Below are positions 48,534 through 62,216 of a DNA stretch of 64,000 nucleotides, piece by piece (positions within the stretch are counted from its first letter, which is position 1; each line of letters opens with the position of its first letter). The stretch is from Chiloscyllium plagiosum (Eukaryota). The translations under genes were made by a program, and so were the position numbers. The stretch lies in contig NC_057728.1 of NCBI RefSeq assembly GCF_004010195.1, forward strand, positions 49,530,561-49,594,560, read 5' to 3'. The notes under the pieces are model-generated. The model ran no database searches. It saw only the letters and a program-made list of their open reading frames with translations, and was not told where the DNA came from.

Positions 48534-50930
48534 CTACAGTGTACCAGAAAGATGATAGCTCAGATCAAATGAACTTAAGGTGAAAGTTAGTAGAGAGCTT
48601 TATTAATCGTCAGGCTTGGGGTTATGTATGCGGAGTTGCTGGATACACGTGGGGCTAGGATAGATAGTGTTTCAGTCCCTTACTGAATTGGGGAGTGGAC
48701 AGGAAAGTGGCCCAAGATCACCCATGATCGTAATGAATGGTGGAACTGGCCCATCTGGGACATCTACTCCTGTTTCAGGATTCACACCTGTAGTCCACCA
48801 GCACTTCTTTTTAATGAACTTTATCTAGGACTATCATTGAAAATTTGAAACTTCTGAAAAACAATCTCCTTTTAGCCTTCTCCTTCCCAAGGAAATCAGT
48901 TCCAACTTCTTCAATATATCCTCATCATTGAAGCTTCTCATCCCTGCAACCATCATGACCAGATCACGTTTTTGTAAGGTGGAGTGAGGGACAGATATTG
49001 GCCAGAACACTGGAGAAAATGCAATGCTCTTTATGCGAAATTATGCCAAGGTCTCATCTGAAAGACAGACCTTTCAACAATACAGTGCTCCACCTCAGTA
49101 CTGCACTGGAGTATCAACTTTGGGTTACATGTGGGATGGCCCTAGAATGAGACCCTTGTGATCCAGAGCCAAAGTGTTACCAACTGAGGCTGCTCCCTAA
49201 TTCTTGCACTTAAATTCTTGTCCCTGGAAAGTTTAATTTATTTCTGATTGTAAACTTTCATTTCGTACATTGACTTCTGCCCCATTGCTTTAGGGGGAAT
49301 TTCCATCAATTTTGAACCTCCAGCATTGTCCAACAACCATTTGGATGGAAATACAAATCAAAATGGGGTTGCAACACTAGAATAGGAGCAATGGGTACAG
49401 GAGAAAGTCGTTTAGCCTGTCTTATCATTGTTAGTTTACATTTGATCTGTAAGTTAAGTCTTTTTACCTATCTTTTTCACTATCCCTTAATATTCAAAAG
49501 ATGTCATAGGACATTTAGAGAGCATAAATAAGATTTGACAAAGCCAGCATCGGTTTATGAAGGCAAATCAGGTGCAACAAATCTACTGGAGTTTTCTGAG
49601 GATGTAACTAGTGGAATAGATAAGTGAGAACCAATGGATGTGGCATATTTAGACTTTCAGAAGACTTGATCAGGTGCATCATAAGAGGTTAGTGCACAAA
49701 GTTAAAGCACATGGTTTGAGGCAATATATTGTAATGAATTGAGAATTGGTTGCAGGAAACAGAGTGGGAAATTAAACTTGTGTAAAGACTTTTTACATAA
49801 ATAGTCCAGAGAATCTGAATTTAACTCGCTTGGTGTTTTGAGAACTGAATTTAGTTTAACACCTGGAAACGAAAACAAAACTGATATTAGATGAAATAAG
49901 CAATGATCCTGAAGCTGCTGGATCATTCTAAAATCTAATGTGAGGAAATGTGTCATTCTTATCTGGCTTGGCATGGTCTAGATTCCAATGCCACCGTGTT
50001 GACATTGTCTCTTCCAGCCTCCAGAAATGTCCCAGCAAAATCCTTAGTTATATGAGTGGCATTAAGATTCAGGGCTAATAAATGCCAGTCTGCGAGCAGC
50101 TTATTTGGTTATTGCTCGCAGCACCAAATGTAGAAATGGATTAAAAATAGCTACAGGACTGTGAGAGCTAAACAAAACTCAAAACAATCGGTCTTTATTA
50201 TCAAAGAAACTGCATGCAGAGTGGCTAAACTTGGAAAAGAGAGAGAGCCGACCACAGCTCTGACTCTCCCCTACAAGTTCGCACTTATAGAGAGAAAAGC
50301 AGGAATCTTTATATTTAAAACTTATTAATAGCTATCAATAACTAGAGGTTAGTCATCCATTAAACCTGTACACTGAATTATGATCGGTGTTATTACTTCC
50401 AAGGTTTATCATATTGACATCCCGAAACCTTGTGCCACATACGTCACCTCATAATATCATCTTTGTTGGGTGCTCAGAGGATTTTGTGGAATGTCCTTAT
50501 CTAGACTTAGTCAGTATCCAAGAATTTATGTGGAGCCAGCTAACTAAACTGTGCCGAGGTCTACCGAGGTTAAAGAATTTACGTGGACTTAACCTCAGCA
50601 GGACTTGACGTAGGTTAGCAATGCTTTGACCTTTGTTAACTTGTGTTACATCCATGGGTTGGCCAGTTTTCCCATCATGCAACTATTTGTTTCATACAAT
50701 TCCACATGATCAAAAGCATCCAATTCCTGAGAATCAATAGGGAAAGGATTTTCTTGGCTGCAAGTCAAATGTGGGATTGGACTAGAATTTCTCAAGTGGT
50801 GTAGATTTGATGTTAAAAGTTGAGAGTTCATTATTAATTGCAAGACTGCACGCAAACCACAGCTAAGGAAGAATTGCCACATGATGGAGCTGTATCCTAA
50901 GTCTCTTATCCAACAGCAAGTCATACTCAC

Positions 50931-51017
50931 AATGCAATTGGCCCAGGAAAACAGAATGCCTAAAGTGAAAAGTCCCAAGATTGGTCCTCCAACAATTCCA
51001 AAAATACTGAGAGCTGC
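50931..51017 (-). CDS. SLC5A8: SLC5A8 coding exon: AALSIFGIVGGPILGLFTLGILFSWANCI
   Basis: Acceptor ttttacAG, donor ATT|GTGAGT; 87 nt. Confidence 0.93.
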
Positions 51018-52099
51018 CTGTAAAAGTAAGGACACAGAGGAGGTCAAGTACTTAGAAGCAAATATTTGTTGAGAAAACAATGAGTCTTGCTTCTCAGAGG
51101 AATCTTTCCCATTGTCAGGACACCCCACTCCTGCTTTACAGCCAATTACAGATGTGCTCTCCTAAAATGAGCAGATTGGGACCAAGGTCTTGCAGGACTC
51201 AGGATTTTGCCAGATTTCTGGCCAATCCTGGGCCAAGTGTCTCTTATGGAATGAACCAGTGTGCAAGTGGCAAAACAGATAACAAGTCTGGCACAACATA
51301 GCACCAAGCTGAATTGTCCAAGTATGTTTTTTTTCACAGGGTAAAATAAAATGATGTATGGCACATTATAAAGAAGTTCAGTTTTTGGGCAAGTCACGTT
51401 TTTAGATAACCATTTTGAGGGACTATACCAAAACATGGAATGTACTATTTTGAAACCAACACTCTAGATCAACTCCTTCAGGAAGGTAATTGTTGGCAAA
51501 GGCTATATCCCATAAAAGACAGCCTCCACAATTTTCTTTCTACTCCATTCTCCCCATCAACATATCCTTCTGTGCCTCTTACCCATATTTTTATCTCACT
51601 CTCTCTTAAATATCTTTGTGATGTTTACCTGAATTACTCCTTTCAGTGGTGACTTTCTCCTGAATTCCCTGTTGGCTTTAAGAGTTGACTGCCTGTTTTT
51701 CTTAAATCCTTCAAGGATGTGGGCATCACTTGAAGGCCAGCATTTGTTACCCAGCCCTAGTTGTCTTTATGCTGAGCTAGACTAGGCTTGTTGGACCATT
51801 GAGCATTGAGAGTCAACCACATCGCAATCAGTCTGGAGTCACGCATAGGCCAGACCAGGTAAGGATGACAGATTTCCTTCCCTAAAGTATATGAGTGTAT
51901 TTGATGGGTTTTTAGCAACAATCAATGATAGCTTTGATAGTCACTATTACTGACAGTAGCCCAATATTCCAAATTGACTAACAGGCAGCTAAGGTCTCCC
52001 AGAGAGTGAGCTAAGTGAAGGATTTATCAAAAACTGCTTAACTTTTAATTTTTAACTTTGTTCCTTTATTTTTCTAGTTTATATTAAGAATGTTTACTT

Positions 52100-52695
52100 A
52101 TTTCTTTATTTTTCTATTTAATCTATGAAGGTAATGCTTAACTTTTTTAACTTTGGTAAAAGAGACAAAGTTTTTTTGTACCTAAGATGGCAACATTGAA
52201 CACTTTACACTGTACTCCTGTACTTGGATACATGTGACAATAAAGTCTAAATCTCAATTCCACCATCTAGCATTGTGCAGTTTGAGGCTGTGTCCCTAGA
52301 GCTTTAGCCTAGGCCTCTGGATAACTAGTTCAGGTATAGTGCCATCTAACCACCATGACCCTCGTCCCACTGTACACATCACTATTCAAAACCAGTTTTC
52401 CAATTATCTAGTGGGCCTACTTTTCCATACTAAACCCATTCATCGTTTCCTAGATCCCCTTCAGGTCACTCCTCAGCCTTCTCTTTTCCAGAGACAACAA
52501 CCCCAGCTTGTTCAGCCTTTGCTGAGAGTTGCACATCTTGGTTCTCTTGTCATTCAATAATTTGTTTTAATGCTTGTTCTACTATGCCTTCTTGACTAAG
52601 ATCTGTAACTAAGATGGCACCATGTGGGGTGAGATTGTAAACTTTTCATACTTGAGTACATGTGACAATAAAGGATATTTTATATTCGATTCTAA
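52100..52695 (+). mobile_element. Two short LINE 3' ends (Rex1/Babar-like) at about 52100-52250 and 52560-52695
   Basis: Shared motifs ctaagatggca...tacttg..tacatgtgacaataaag; clade assignment from memory. Confidence 0.45.
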
Positions 52696-52839
52696 CATTT
52701 TTCTGACATGGTGACCAGATTTGTTCAGATTATTGAAAGTTCAACAAGGAAGAAGATGGTTTTGCATCTAATTTTCAGAAATAAAACTGGGAAGGTGCAT
52801 CAGGTAGGAGCATTTTGGACATAGTAACTCAGTTGGATT

Positions 52840-54920
52840 TATGATAGTTAAAGCAAAAGATAAGGCTGGACCAGGAATGAAAGTTTGAAACTGGAGAAAA
52901 GATCATTTTTACTGAGATAAGATATAATTTAGTCCAAGTGGACTGGGAGCAACTACTTTCAGATAAAACTGTTGGAGCAGTGAGAGAAATTCAGGGAGGA
53001 AATAAGAAGATGACATGGAAAATATGTTCCTGTAAAGACAAAGGGTAGGACCAAGACGGGAGAATCCTTGATGTCAATACACGTAAAGTTTAGGATTAAA
53101 GAAGAAAGAAGTTTACAGCAGATACCAAAGACTCAATGCAGCAGGGTCCCTTGAGAGTTATAAAATGTGCAGGGGAATGTTTAAAAGGAAATTAGGAAGT
53201 GAGTACATAAGAAAGTATTAAAATATTTGAAAACCCTAAGGGTTTTTAAGAAAAAAGAACAGGTGAATGAGTAGAGAAAGCATAGGGTCCATTAGGGATC
53301 ATAGAGAGTAGTGTGTGTGGACCCGAAAGGTGTGAGCATGGTCCTCAATGAATACTTTGTAAGTCTTCACAAAGCAAAAGAATGACACAGATATAGATAT
53401 CAGGATAGAGGACTGCCAAATATTAGAAGAAACCAACACAGAGGGAGAGGAAGTGAGAGAGGGTTTAGAAGCTTTAAAAGGTGGATAAATCTGGACACCC
53501 AGATGAGATATATCCAAGGATATTGAAGGAGCCAAGAGAGGAGAATTATAGGGTCCATGCAGTAAATTTTAAATTCTCTCTGGCCAGAGGTGAGGTGCCA
53601 GAGAACTGGACAATTGCTAAATTGGTCCCATTATTAAAAGGAGAGGAAGAGATACACTGGAAAGTTACAGGGCAGTTGGCCTAACCTCAGTAGTTGGGAA
53701 GTTATTAGAAAGAATTCTGAGGTACAGAAAATACCTGTAACTGAAGGGACATAGATTAAACAGGGAGAGTCAGCACAGGCTTGGTCAGAGACGGTCATGT
53801 TTGATAAATTTAATTGAATATTGTGAGGAAGTAACCAGGGTTGTTGATGAGGATAATACATCATGGATTTTAGAATGGCCTTTGATAAAGTTTTTCATGG
53901 CAGATTGGTCAAGAAAGTAAGAGTGCATGGGAATTTAAAGGCAAAGGGTTACATTGGATCCAAAATTGGCTGAAAGACAGGAGGTGGAGAGTACTCGTTA
54001 AGGGATGTTTCTGTAACTGGAAGTTTGTTTCCAGTGGGGTTCAAAAGGGCTTGGTATTGGAGCTCTTACTGTTTGTCATGCACATTAATGATTTGGAATT
54101 AAATGTAGAAGGTATGACCAAGACCTTCATAGATGACATAACAATTCGTAGTGTGGTAAATAGTGAGGGACAGCTGTAAATTGGAGGAGAATCAGTGAGC
54201 AGGGCAGAGCAAAAGGAATGGCAAATGACCATTGGAATTCTAATGTATAAAAGTGTGAGGTGATGCAATTGGGAAGGGCTAACTAAGCAAGGGATTACAC
54301 CATGAATGAGAAGAAAGGACTGAAGATCAGAGGGCCCTTGGTGTGCAGATCCCTGAAGGTAGCAGGACAGGTAAGTAAGGTGATTAAGATAGCATTTGGA
54401 ACTCCTGTCTTAGCCATGTTCTGGTCACCACACTACATGAAGATTGTGACTGCACGAGATCAGGCACAAAGGAGATTCATCAGGATGTTGCCTGGGCCAA
54501 ATGGTCTGAGTTTGAGGAAAAATTGGGTAGGCTGCAGTTGTTTTCCTTTTGAGTAGAGAAGATTGAGAGGAGACCTAATAGAGTTAGAGAACAGATAGTG
54601 AGATAGGAAGACACTTTTTCCATTAGTGGAGGGGTCAATAATTTGGGTGGAAAAATGTAAAGTCGGAGATAGAAGGCTCAAAGATGGGTTGAGGAGAATT
54701 ACTTTCACTCAGAAAGTGGTGAAAGTCTGGAACCCATTTCCTGAAAGGGCAGTTGAGTCAGAAACTCATAATTGAATTCCTTCAATAATTAGATATTCAG
54801 TTGCATTGCCATTGTCTCCAGGGCTATGGACTGAAAAATCGAAAATAGTGGTCGGATCTTCGTGGATCAGCATGCATTCATGAGCTGAATGGCCTTCTTT
54901 TGTGCAGTAAATGTCTAGAA
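52840..54920 (+). mobile_element. CR1 LINE ORF2 relic
   Basis: DKSGHPDEIYPRILKE, GEVPENWTIAKLVPLLK, atggcctttgataaagtt, AQRRFIRMLPG; 3' tail gaatggccttcttttgtgc. Confidence 0.88.
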
Positions 54921-54924
54921 GACC

Positions 54925-57250
54925 ACAATAAATAGGAAAAGAAATAGGCCATTCAGCCCCTCAAGCATGCTCTGTCATTCAATAGGATCATGGTTGATCT
55001 AATGTTCCTCACATCCACTTTCCTGCCTTTTCCCCATAATCCTTCATTCATCTACTGATCAAGAATCTAGTTCAGCCTTAAATATACACAAGGACTCTGT
55101 CCCCCACAGTTCTCTGTGACAAGGATTTATATAAACTCAACCCTCAGAGAAAAAAAATCCTTCTCATCTTAGTCTTAAATTAGCAGCCATTTATTCTGAG
55201 ACAATGGTCTTTAGCCCTACAGTTTCCATGAGGGGAAACATCCTGTTAGCATTTACCCTGCCAAACCCATTAAAAATCCTTGATGCTTCAATGAAATCAC
55301 CTCTTATTCTTATAAATTCCGGTGAGTAGAGTCCCAAATTGTTTAGCATTTGAACACAAGATGATCCGTCCATACCAAGGATCATCCAAATGAACCTTAC
55401 CTGAACCGCGTCCAATGAAATGATATCTTTCCTTACATAAAGGAACCAAAACTGCTCATAGCACTCCAGATATGGTCTCACCAGCATCTTGCAGTAAGAC
55501 TTACCTACTCATTCTCCAATCCACATGAACATTTCATTCACCCTCCTGATTACTCACCATTCCCATCTTTTAGTTTTGGTACTCCCTTCCAAAATGAACT
55601 TCACATTTTCCCATATTGTACTCTATTTGCCCACTTATTTTACCTCCTGATTTATCTCTAAACTGTTTATATTTCTCTTGGAACCTATCATCTCATCTAT
55701 TTTTTGTGTCATCTGCAACTTTAGGCTACAGTACATTCACTTCCTTCCAAGTTCAAACAGTTGTGGTCCCAACACTGATCGCTGTGGAATCTCACTTGTC
55801 GCGGGTCACCACCCCACAAAAGAACTCTTTATTCCCACTCACTGGTTGCTGCCCATTAGCCAGTTGTCCATCTTTGCCAATACACTACCTCCATCATCAT
55901 GGGCTCTTATAACTTAACCTTTTGTGAAGTACCTTGTTCAATAACTGCTGGAATCAAAATACAATACATCTACTGGTTCCCCTCTATCCACTCTGGTTGA
56001 GACTTCTTTGAAAAACTCTAAGAAATTAGACAGGCACAATTTCCCTTTCGTGAAGCCATGCTGACTCTTGCTTGATTAGACAATGGTTTTCCAAATGTTC
56101 TGCTACTACTTCCTTAATAATTGATCCCAATACTTTTCCAACAACCATCGGTTGTTAAGCTAATTGGCCTATAATTACCTGTTTTTTGCCTCCTTCCCCT
56201 TTTCGAATAGGAGTGTCATATTAACACAGTTTTCCAATCTTCTAGTACTTCTTCAGAATCCAACTATGTTTGAAGAGTTACAACCAATGCATCCACTATC
56301 TCTATAACTACTTCTTTTAGGATGCATTAAGATGCAAGCAATCAGGACGAGAGGAGTTATCTGCCTTTAGTCCCATTAGTTTGTCTGATAATACTTCTTC
56401 AGTGATGGTGTTGGCACTAAATTCCTCCCAGTATCATTCAGTATTAATGGGATGTTTGAAGTACCTTCCTCTGTAAAGACTGATACAAAATATCCATTTA
56501 ACTCTGATATTTCCTTGTACCCAAAACCATCTCCCCAGATTCATTTTCTTAGAGGCCCATGCCCACTTTGAGCTCTTTGTTTTTATACATTTGAATAAAC
56601 TCATTGTCAGTTTTATATTCCTTGCTACTTTGCTCTCATAATTTATTTTCTCTCTTTTTTACTGTTGTTTTAGTCCTTCCCTTACTGGATTCTGAACTTA
56701 TCCCAGTCTTCTAGACAATCACTGAGTCTGGGCTTCTTATATGCTTTTTCTTTCATCTTATTACACTGCTTAACTTACTTAGTGAGCCATGTCTGGTTTA
56801 CCCTTCTCTTAGAATCTTTCCTCCTTACTGGGATGTATTTTTGCTGAGTTACAAATTATTTCTTTAAATGTCTGTCCCTACTTGATTACTGTCATTTCTA
56901 CTAATCGATCCACCTAATTCACTTTAGCTAACTCTATCCTTGTTTCATTGTGATTCCCTTTTATTTAAACAGCTGTTTCTAACCCAAGTTACTCACTCTC
57001 GAACTGAATATGAAATTCTATCATGTTATGCGTGCTTTGTAGGAGATCTTTCACTCAGGTCACTTACTAAACCTGCCTCATTACCCATTAACAGATCCAA
57101 GATAGTATGCTCCCTGATTGGTTCCATGACATATTGCTCGTGGAAACTACCCCTAATACATTCAGTGAAGTCAGTGTCATAGGTTCCCTTCCCAATTTGA
57201 TTAATTCAATCAACATAAAGATTAAAGTCCTTCATAATTAATTTATATAA
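54925..57250 (-). mobile_element. CR1 LINE ORF2 relic, tail-to-tail with the preceding copy
   Basis: Minus ORF MLVRPYLECYEQFW...AVQVRFIWMI...RIRGDFIEA; ggccattcagcccctcaag tail. Confidence 0.88.
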
Positions 57251-57585
57251 GTCTATGTGTCATTCCAAGTGTGATCTGTCCTGTATAAATTTAACATTAC
57301 CGTCATACTCTACAATTCTATCCCTCTACATATGTGTTGCATGAGTTAACGGCTATAAAAGGACTAACCAGTGGCCCAGGTTGAAACTCAGCCCTCTCTA
57401 ATATATAACACAGCTTGGTGGCACATCGGGCAGTTCAGAGCAGTTTAAATTTGGGCCAGCAGCAGTCTAGTCCAGGTTCCTCATGGAAACTCACTGACTT
57501 AGCTACTTATCGTGAGTAATAGATAACACGCGTAAGAATTAATCCAACCCTTACAGAGTTATTCAATTGCAATAAACATTACCTT

Positions 57586-57705
57586 GGGGCTTTTGTGGTG
57601 CAGTGATAGTGTCCATACCTCTAAGCCAGGAGGCCTGGGTTCAAGTCCCATTTACTTCAGAGGTGTGTAATAAGGTCTCTGAACAGGTTGATTTGAAAAA
57701 AATAC
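57586..57705 (+). mobile_element. Short tRNA-derived SINE (related minus copy at about 31710-31790)
   Basis: A box tggtgcagtgatag, B box gggttcaagtccca, non-tRNA tail gaacaggttgatttgaaaa. Confidence 0.65.
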
Positions 57706-58363
57706 TTACATAACATAACAGCCTCTGCTTCTGTAGCACATCCTCCTCCACAAACTACTAGAAAGCACCTAGACTAGCACACGGAGTAGGATTGGTGGTA
57801 GAACTCTAGTGAAGGTATCCAGGCCCTTTCATCATTACTATAACAAGATAGATGCCAGTGCTGTGTTAACATTTTTATGACCTTATTAACATTGTATTGC
57901 TATTTTTAGTGGTCTGTGTATGAATAAACCTCATTCCCTGTGCTCCTCTATCCTCCCTGGGCTCTTATTTTCAAGAAATATTTGGACGTCTTATTCCTCC
58001 TGCCAAAGTGTATCACCTCACACTTATCAATATTTAAGTTAATTTGACAATGACGCTCCCATTCTGTTAGTTCATTGACATCTTCTTGTATTTTGTCACA
58101 GCACACCTCTGTAATAACTATGCTTCCACCTATATAATTGAAGCACTTTTGTTTAAGTATTGTTGCAATATGAGAAATGCAGCAACTAATTTGTGGACTA
58201 GAAGGCCTGTACTAAAAGCTATGAGAGGAATGATCACCTAATATGTTGACAAATAGTGACTGAGACAGGTTTTTGCCCTGGAGTGTGGAGAAAGTCCCCT
58301 CTCTGAGGCAGAGGAAAAGAACTCTGAAACAAATTTAGCTCCAACAATTAAACTATTTAATAC

Positions 58364-58431
58364 CTGTAAAAGGCTTCCCATTAGTGAGGCCAAACCAGCC
58401 ATTCCAATACATACTGCACCAAACAGCAGAC
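58364..58431 (-). CDS. SLC5A8: SLC5A8 coding exon: (S)LLFGAVCIGMAGLASLMGSLLQ
   Basis: Acceptor gcttttAG, donor CAG|GTATTA; 68 nt. Confidence 0.93.
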
Positions 58432-58889
58432 CTAAAAGCAAGGTGAGTACAGAATGATGAGATTGACTGTGAATTAGAAGTTTTACCAAGCATAAAACAA
58501 CTTGCATTGATATAGTGCCTTTAACCAAGTAAACATCCCAAGGTACTTCTCGAGAATGTGTTTGAAGAAGCTACATAAGGAGAGATTAGGACATGTGACC
58601 AAATTCCTGGTAAAGGAAGTAGATTTTTAGATAGATTGTAAATGAGGGGAAAGAAATGAAGAACTCTGAAGGTTTAGGAAGGGAATTCCAATCAACAGTG
58701 GTTACTTGGTCTCCATTAGGTCAACCTTTTAAAAGAAGAAATTTAATATAAAGTTCACAAGCTGCCATGTTGAGGTTAGAACCTAAGTCTCAAGAACAGG
58801 GGTTCTGAATTTCTTGGTCTCATGATATTAACACTACATCACTGCCTCCTGCTGGTACTCTGAAGCTGAGTACAGTTCTGTGCTTTTCA

Positions 58890-59640
58890 TAAGAGATTGG
58901 GAGAGGAAGTATTCTGAGTGAGATACAGCCAGAGTGAGCTGGTATTTGGGGTAAGGTGAGAATTCGGTACAAAGGTGATTTTTGCCTTTTGGGTTTTTGT
59001 ACTATATTCTATACTAATGAGGACCAAGGAATAGGTACCTGGAGTAATTCATAATATTTGATATTAGGCATCTTCCAAATAGTTTAAAGTGCTAAATCAT
59101 GGCAGGAGAGTTCAAAGTCATGGTATGCTCTTCCTGTTTTATGTGGGAAGTTGGGAACATTTCCAGTGACTGGGGACAACATACATACAGGAAGTGTATC
59201 TAGCTACAGCACCTGGAAACCCAGGTTTCAGAGCTGAAGCAGTGAGTATCGTGAATAACACATGTAGAAAATTGGTCACATTGGAGACTGATCATTAGGC
59301 ACATCAAGAAGATTAGGCAGGCAGTGCAGGAGTCTCCGGTAGCTATTCCCAGCCAAACAGATACCTCACTTTGGATACAGTTAATGGGAATGGCCTCTGA
59401 AGGGAGAGCAACAACAGCCAAATTCATTGCATGATGGGTCTTCTGCACTGGGGCGGAGTGAAAAATGTGGGAATGCATTATCTATTGGAATTCAACTGTA
59501 AGGGGGATTAGACTGGCATTGCTGTGACTGCATACCAGGTATGATATCTCCCTCCCCCACCCCCACCCCGATACCAAGATCGAAGATGTCTCAGAGTGAC
59601 TCCAGAACATTTGGGAGAGAAAGTCATAGAGATCATTTTC
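58890..59640 (+). mobile_element. CR1 LINE 5' UTR/ORF1 relic (zinc finger and esterase)
   Basis: atggtatgctcttcctgttttatgtgggaa (CxxCxMWE), aggaagtgt (RKC), attggaattcaactgtaaggggg (IGDS-like). Confidence 0.65.
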
Positions 59641-59859
59641 TTGTGTTATAATGTAATTGCTTTCTACCATTGTGTTTAATTCACAACTGAAACCAGCTGT
59701 GTTCAGCAGGCAGTTTGATTCCTCCAGAGGAGACATGATTAAAACTTCCATCCATGTATTTTCTGTGGGTAAGACTTATAAATTCACACCACAATTTTGG
59801 AGGAAGAATAACTCTTTCTCAGGAGGCTTTATTTTAAAGAACATAAACAATAGTTACCC

Positions 59860-60250
59860 ATTTGGATTCTTGAGCCTGTTTCCCCCATTCTAAGATAATG
59901 GTTGATCTTCCACTTCAACATCATGTTACTGCCCTCTCCTTGAATCCCTTCATTCTTAGTCTCCAAAACACTATCGACCTTAGTCTTGGATATATTCAAT
60001 AGCTGATCATCCACAGCCCGCTGGGTGAGAATTCCAAAGGTGCGCAACATTTCGTGTGAAGAAATTGCTCCTCATCTCAATGCCTAATGGCCAACTCTTG
60101 ATCCTGAAACTATGTCCACCTGTTCCAGGTTCTCTTAGCTGGGGAAAATATTTTCTCAGCATTGACTTGCCTCAAGAAATGTTTTTGTTCTTTTAGCTCA
60201 TCTCTCACTCTTCTGAACTCCATAAGTTCTATATACCTGAAATCAATTTC
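59860..60250 (-). mobile_element. CR1 LINE 3' fragment
   Basis: tccacagcccgctgggtgagaattccaaagg...ctcatctca; same tail type as other copies. Confidence 0.7.
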
Positions 60251-60327
60251 AGTGTGACTGAACCCGAGCACTGTGTTCTCGCACTACAGAATGACAAGTT
60301 ACCAAATGAAGAAGATGGTCAACTTAC

Positions 60328-60440
60328 TCATAGCCTTGGAAATCCAAGCGAGCCTTTTCTCAGAAAGGGTTGTGAAATGAGGCTTGATGAGATCTTGAAC
60401 TGTCACAGCAGTTAGTGCATTAATGCTGGATGACACTGTG
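60328..60440 (-). CDS. SLC5A8: SLC5A8 coding exon: [37 protein letters not shown]
   Basis: Acceptor actgcAG, donor A|GTAAGT; 113 nt. Confidence 0.93.
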
Positions 60441-60587
60441 CTGCAGTGGGAGAAGTTAAAAAGCACCACTTAAAAGGCAATCGTTGTCAGTCCTTCACCA
60501 GACAAAACTTTTATTACCATAAATTTTGAGAAAGTTTGATTTAATTTGATTCAGTGTCAGATGCTCTGTTCTACTGTCCTAACATAC

Positions 60588-60676
60588 CTTAAAGTCCCAC
60601 AACATGTACACGCCACAAAGAGACCTGGCAGCCCTGGGTAACTTCCCAGAATATCCAGCACCATGTAGGGCATTAA
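60588..60676 (-). CDS. SLC5A8: SLC5A8 coding exon: [29 protein letters not shown](S)
   Basis: Acceptor tatttAG, donor AG|GTATGT; 89 nt. Confidence 0.93.
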
Positions 60677-60974
60677 CTAAATAACACAATCAAGAAGTGA
60701 GCACAAACTGATTATTCAGGTAACTGTACAGGTACAGAAAATATCTAACACACAGGTAACTATGTGGGCAATAGTCTGTAGAAAATTTACAGCTCTGCAC
60801 AAAATGCTGCATATAAAAACACCTTCCAGATAAGCTATTAAAATGAGACCTTTTTTTTCTCAACAGCATCTAAAAGCTACCATAGCTATTTTGAAGAAGA
60901 CAGAAAGTTCTCCTTGATCTCCTGGGTAAATATTTATTCCTCAATTAACTGCATTAAACCACATTAATAAGAGG

Positions 60975-61193
60975 GAAAATGCTGAAAAAACTGAACAGGT
61001 CAGGCAGTACCTGAGAACAGAGAAACAGGGTTAGCATTTCAAGTCCATTAGAACTGTCCTTCAAAAGTATCTTCTTTTGTTCTGAATATTGGACTCAAAC
61101 CATAACTCTTTTTTTCTTTCTGTCAGATGCTACCATAACTACTGAGTTTTTCCAACACTTTCTTTTTCTTAAAATATTTTCCCAGCATCTGCA
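60975..61193. mobile_element. Palindromic Penelope-like mini-element (degenerate)
   Basis: gctgaaaaaactgaacaggtcaggcag / cagatgctacc...ctgagtttttccaaca...ccagcatctgca. Confidence 0.55.
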
Positions 61194-61654
61194 CCAATGA
61201 AGTGTGGTGCAATGAAGTGCAGTCATTTTTCTAATATAGCAAATGTGGCAGCCAACTTGCACATAGCAACTCCTCTCAAAGAGAAATGATCAATTTACCT
61301 TTCACTTGAACATCCTGGTATTCAAGTTATGCAGAGATAATGGAGATCTTGACTAAAGAGAGCCATTGGTATAATTATCTGGATTATTTGTGTTAACAAT
61401 ATTGGTCAAAGAATAAAGATGTCACAATGCCAGGGTGATACTTAACCCTGCTTTGCTTGAAATGGTGGTCGTTGGATCTTTTACATTCATCTGTAGGAGC
61501 ATTAGTGCATTGGTTTAACTTTGCATCTAAAAACCAGCATATATGGACAATATGGAACTAGCTCCCTGAAACATCAGTAGGGTATGGAATGTTGACTTTC
61601 TTCCTCAAGTGCAAATGTTACCCCCACTGGGTACAGCAGTTATGTGTATTGTCA

Positions 61655-62172
61655 TTAGAGATGTACAACACAGAAAAAGATCCTTCGGTCCAACTCGTCC
61701 ATGCCGACCAGATATCCTAAACTAACCTAGTCTCATTTGCCAGCACTTGGCTCATATCCCTGTAAGCCCTTCCAATTCATATACCCATACAGATGGCTTT
61801 TAAATTGTACCAGCCTCCACCACTTCCTCTGGCAGCTCATTCCACACACGTACCACCCTCTGTGTGAAAAAGTTGCCCCTTAGGTCCTTTTTATGTCTTT
61901 CCCCTCTCACTCTAAACCTATTCCCTCTAGTTCTGGACTCCCCCACCAGAGGGAAAAGACCTTGTCTATTTACCATATCCATGCCCCTCATGATTTTATA
62001 AACCTCTATAAGGTTGCCCCACAGCCTCTGTCGCTCCAGGGAAAACAGCCTATTCAGACTCTCCCAATAGCTCAAATCCTCCAACCCTAGCAACATCCCT
62101 GTAAATTTTTTCTGAACCCTTTCATGTTTCACAACATCCTTCCAATAGGAAGGAGACCAGAATTGCATGCAA
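61655..62172 (-). mobile_element. HER1 LINE 3' end, about 45 nt downstream of an SLC5A8 donor
   Basis: [27 protein letters not shown]...[27 protein letters not shown]. Confidence 0.92.
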
Positions 62173-62216
62173 TCAGACACATTCTTAAAATACAGAACAG
62201 TCAGTAAATGATGAAC

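Noticed and set aside
57586..57660. tRNA-like sequence with A and B boxes (also HE1 and other SINE heads)
   Set aside because: No proper cloverleaf or acceptor stem, and it continues into a repeat tail shared with other copies; it is a SINE head
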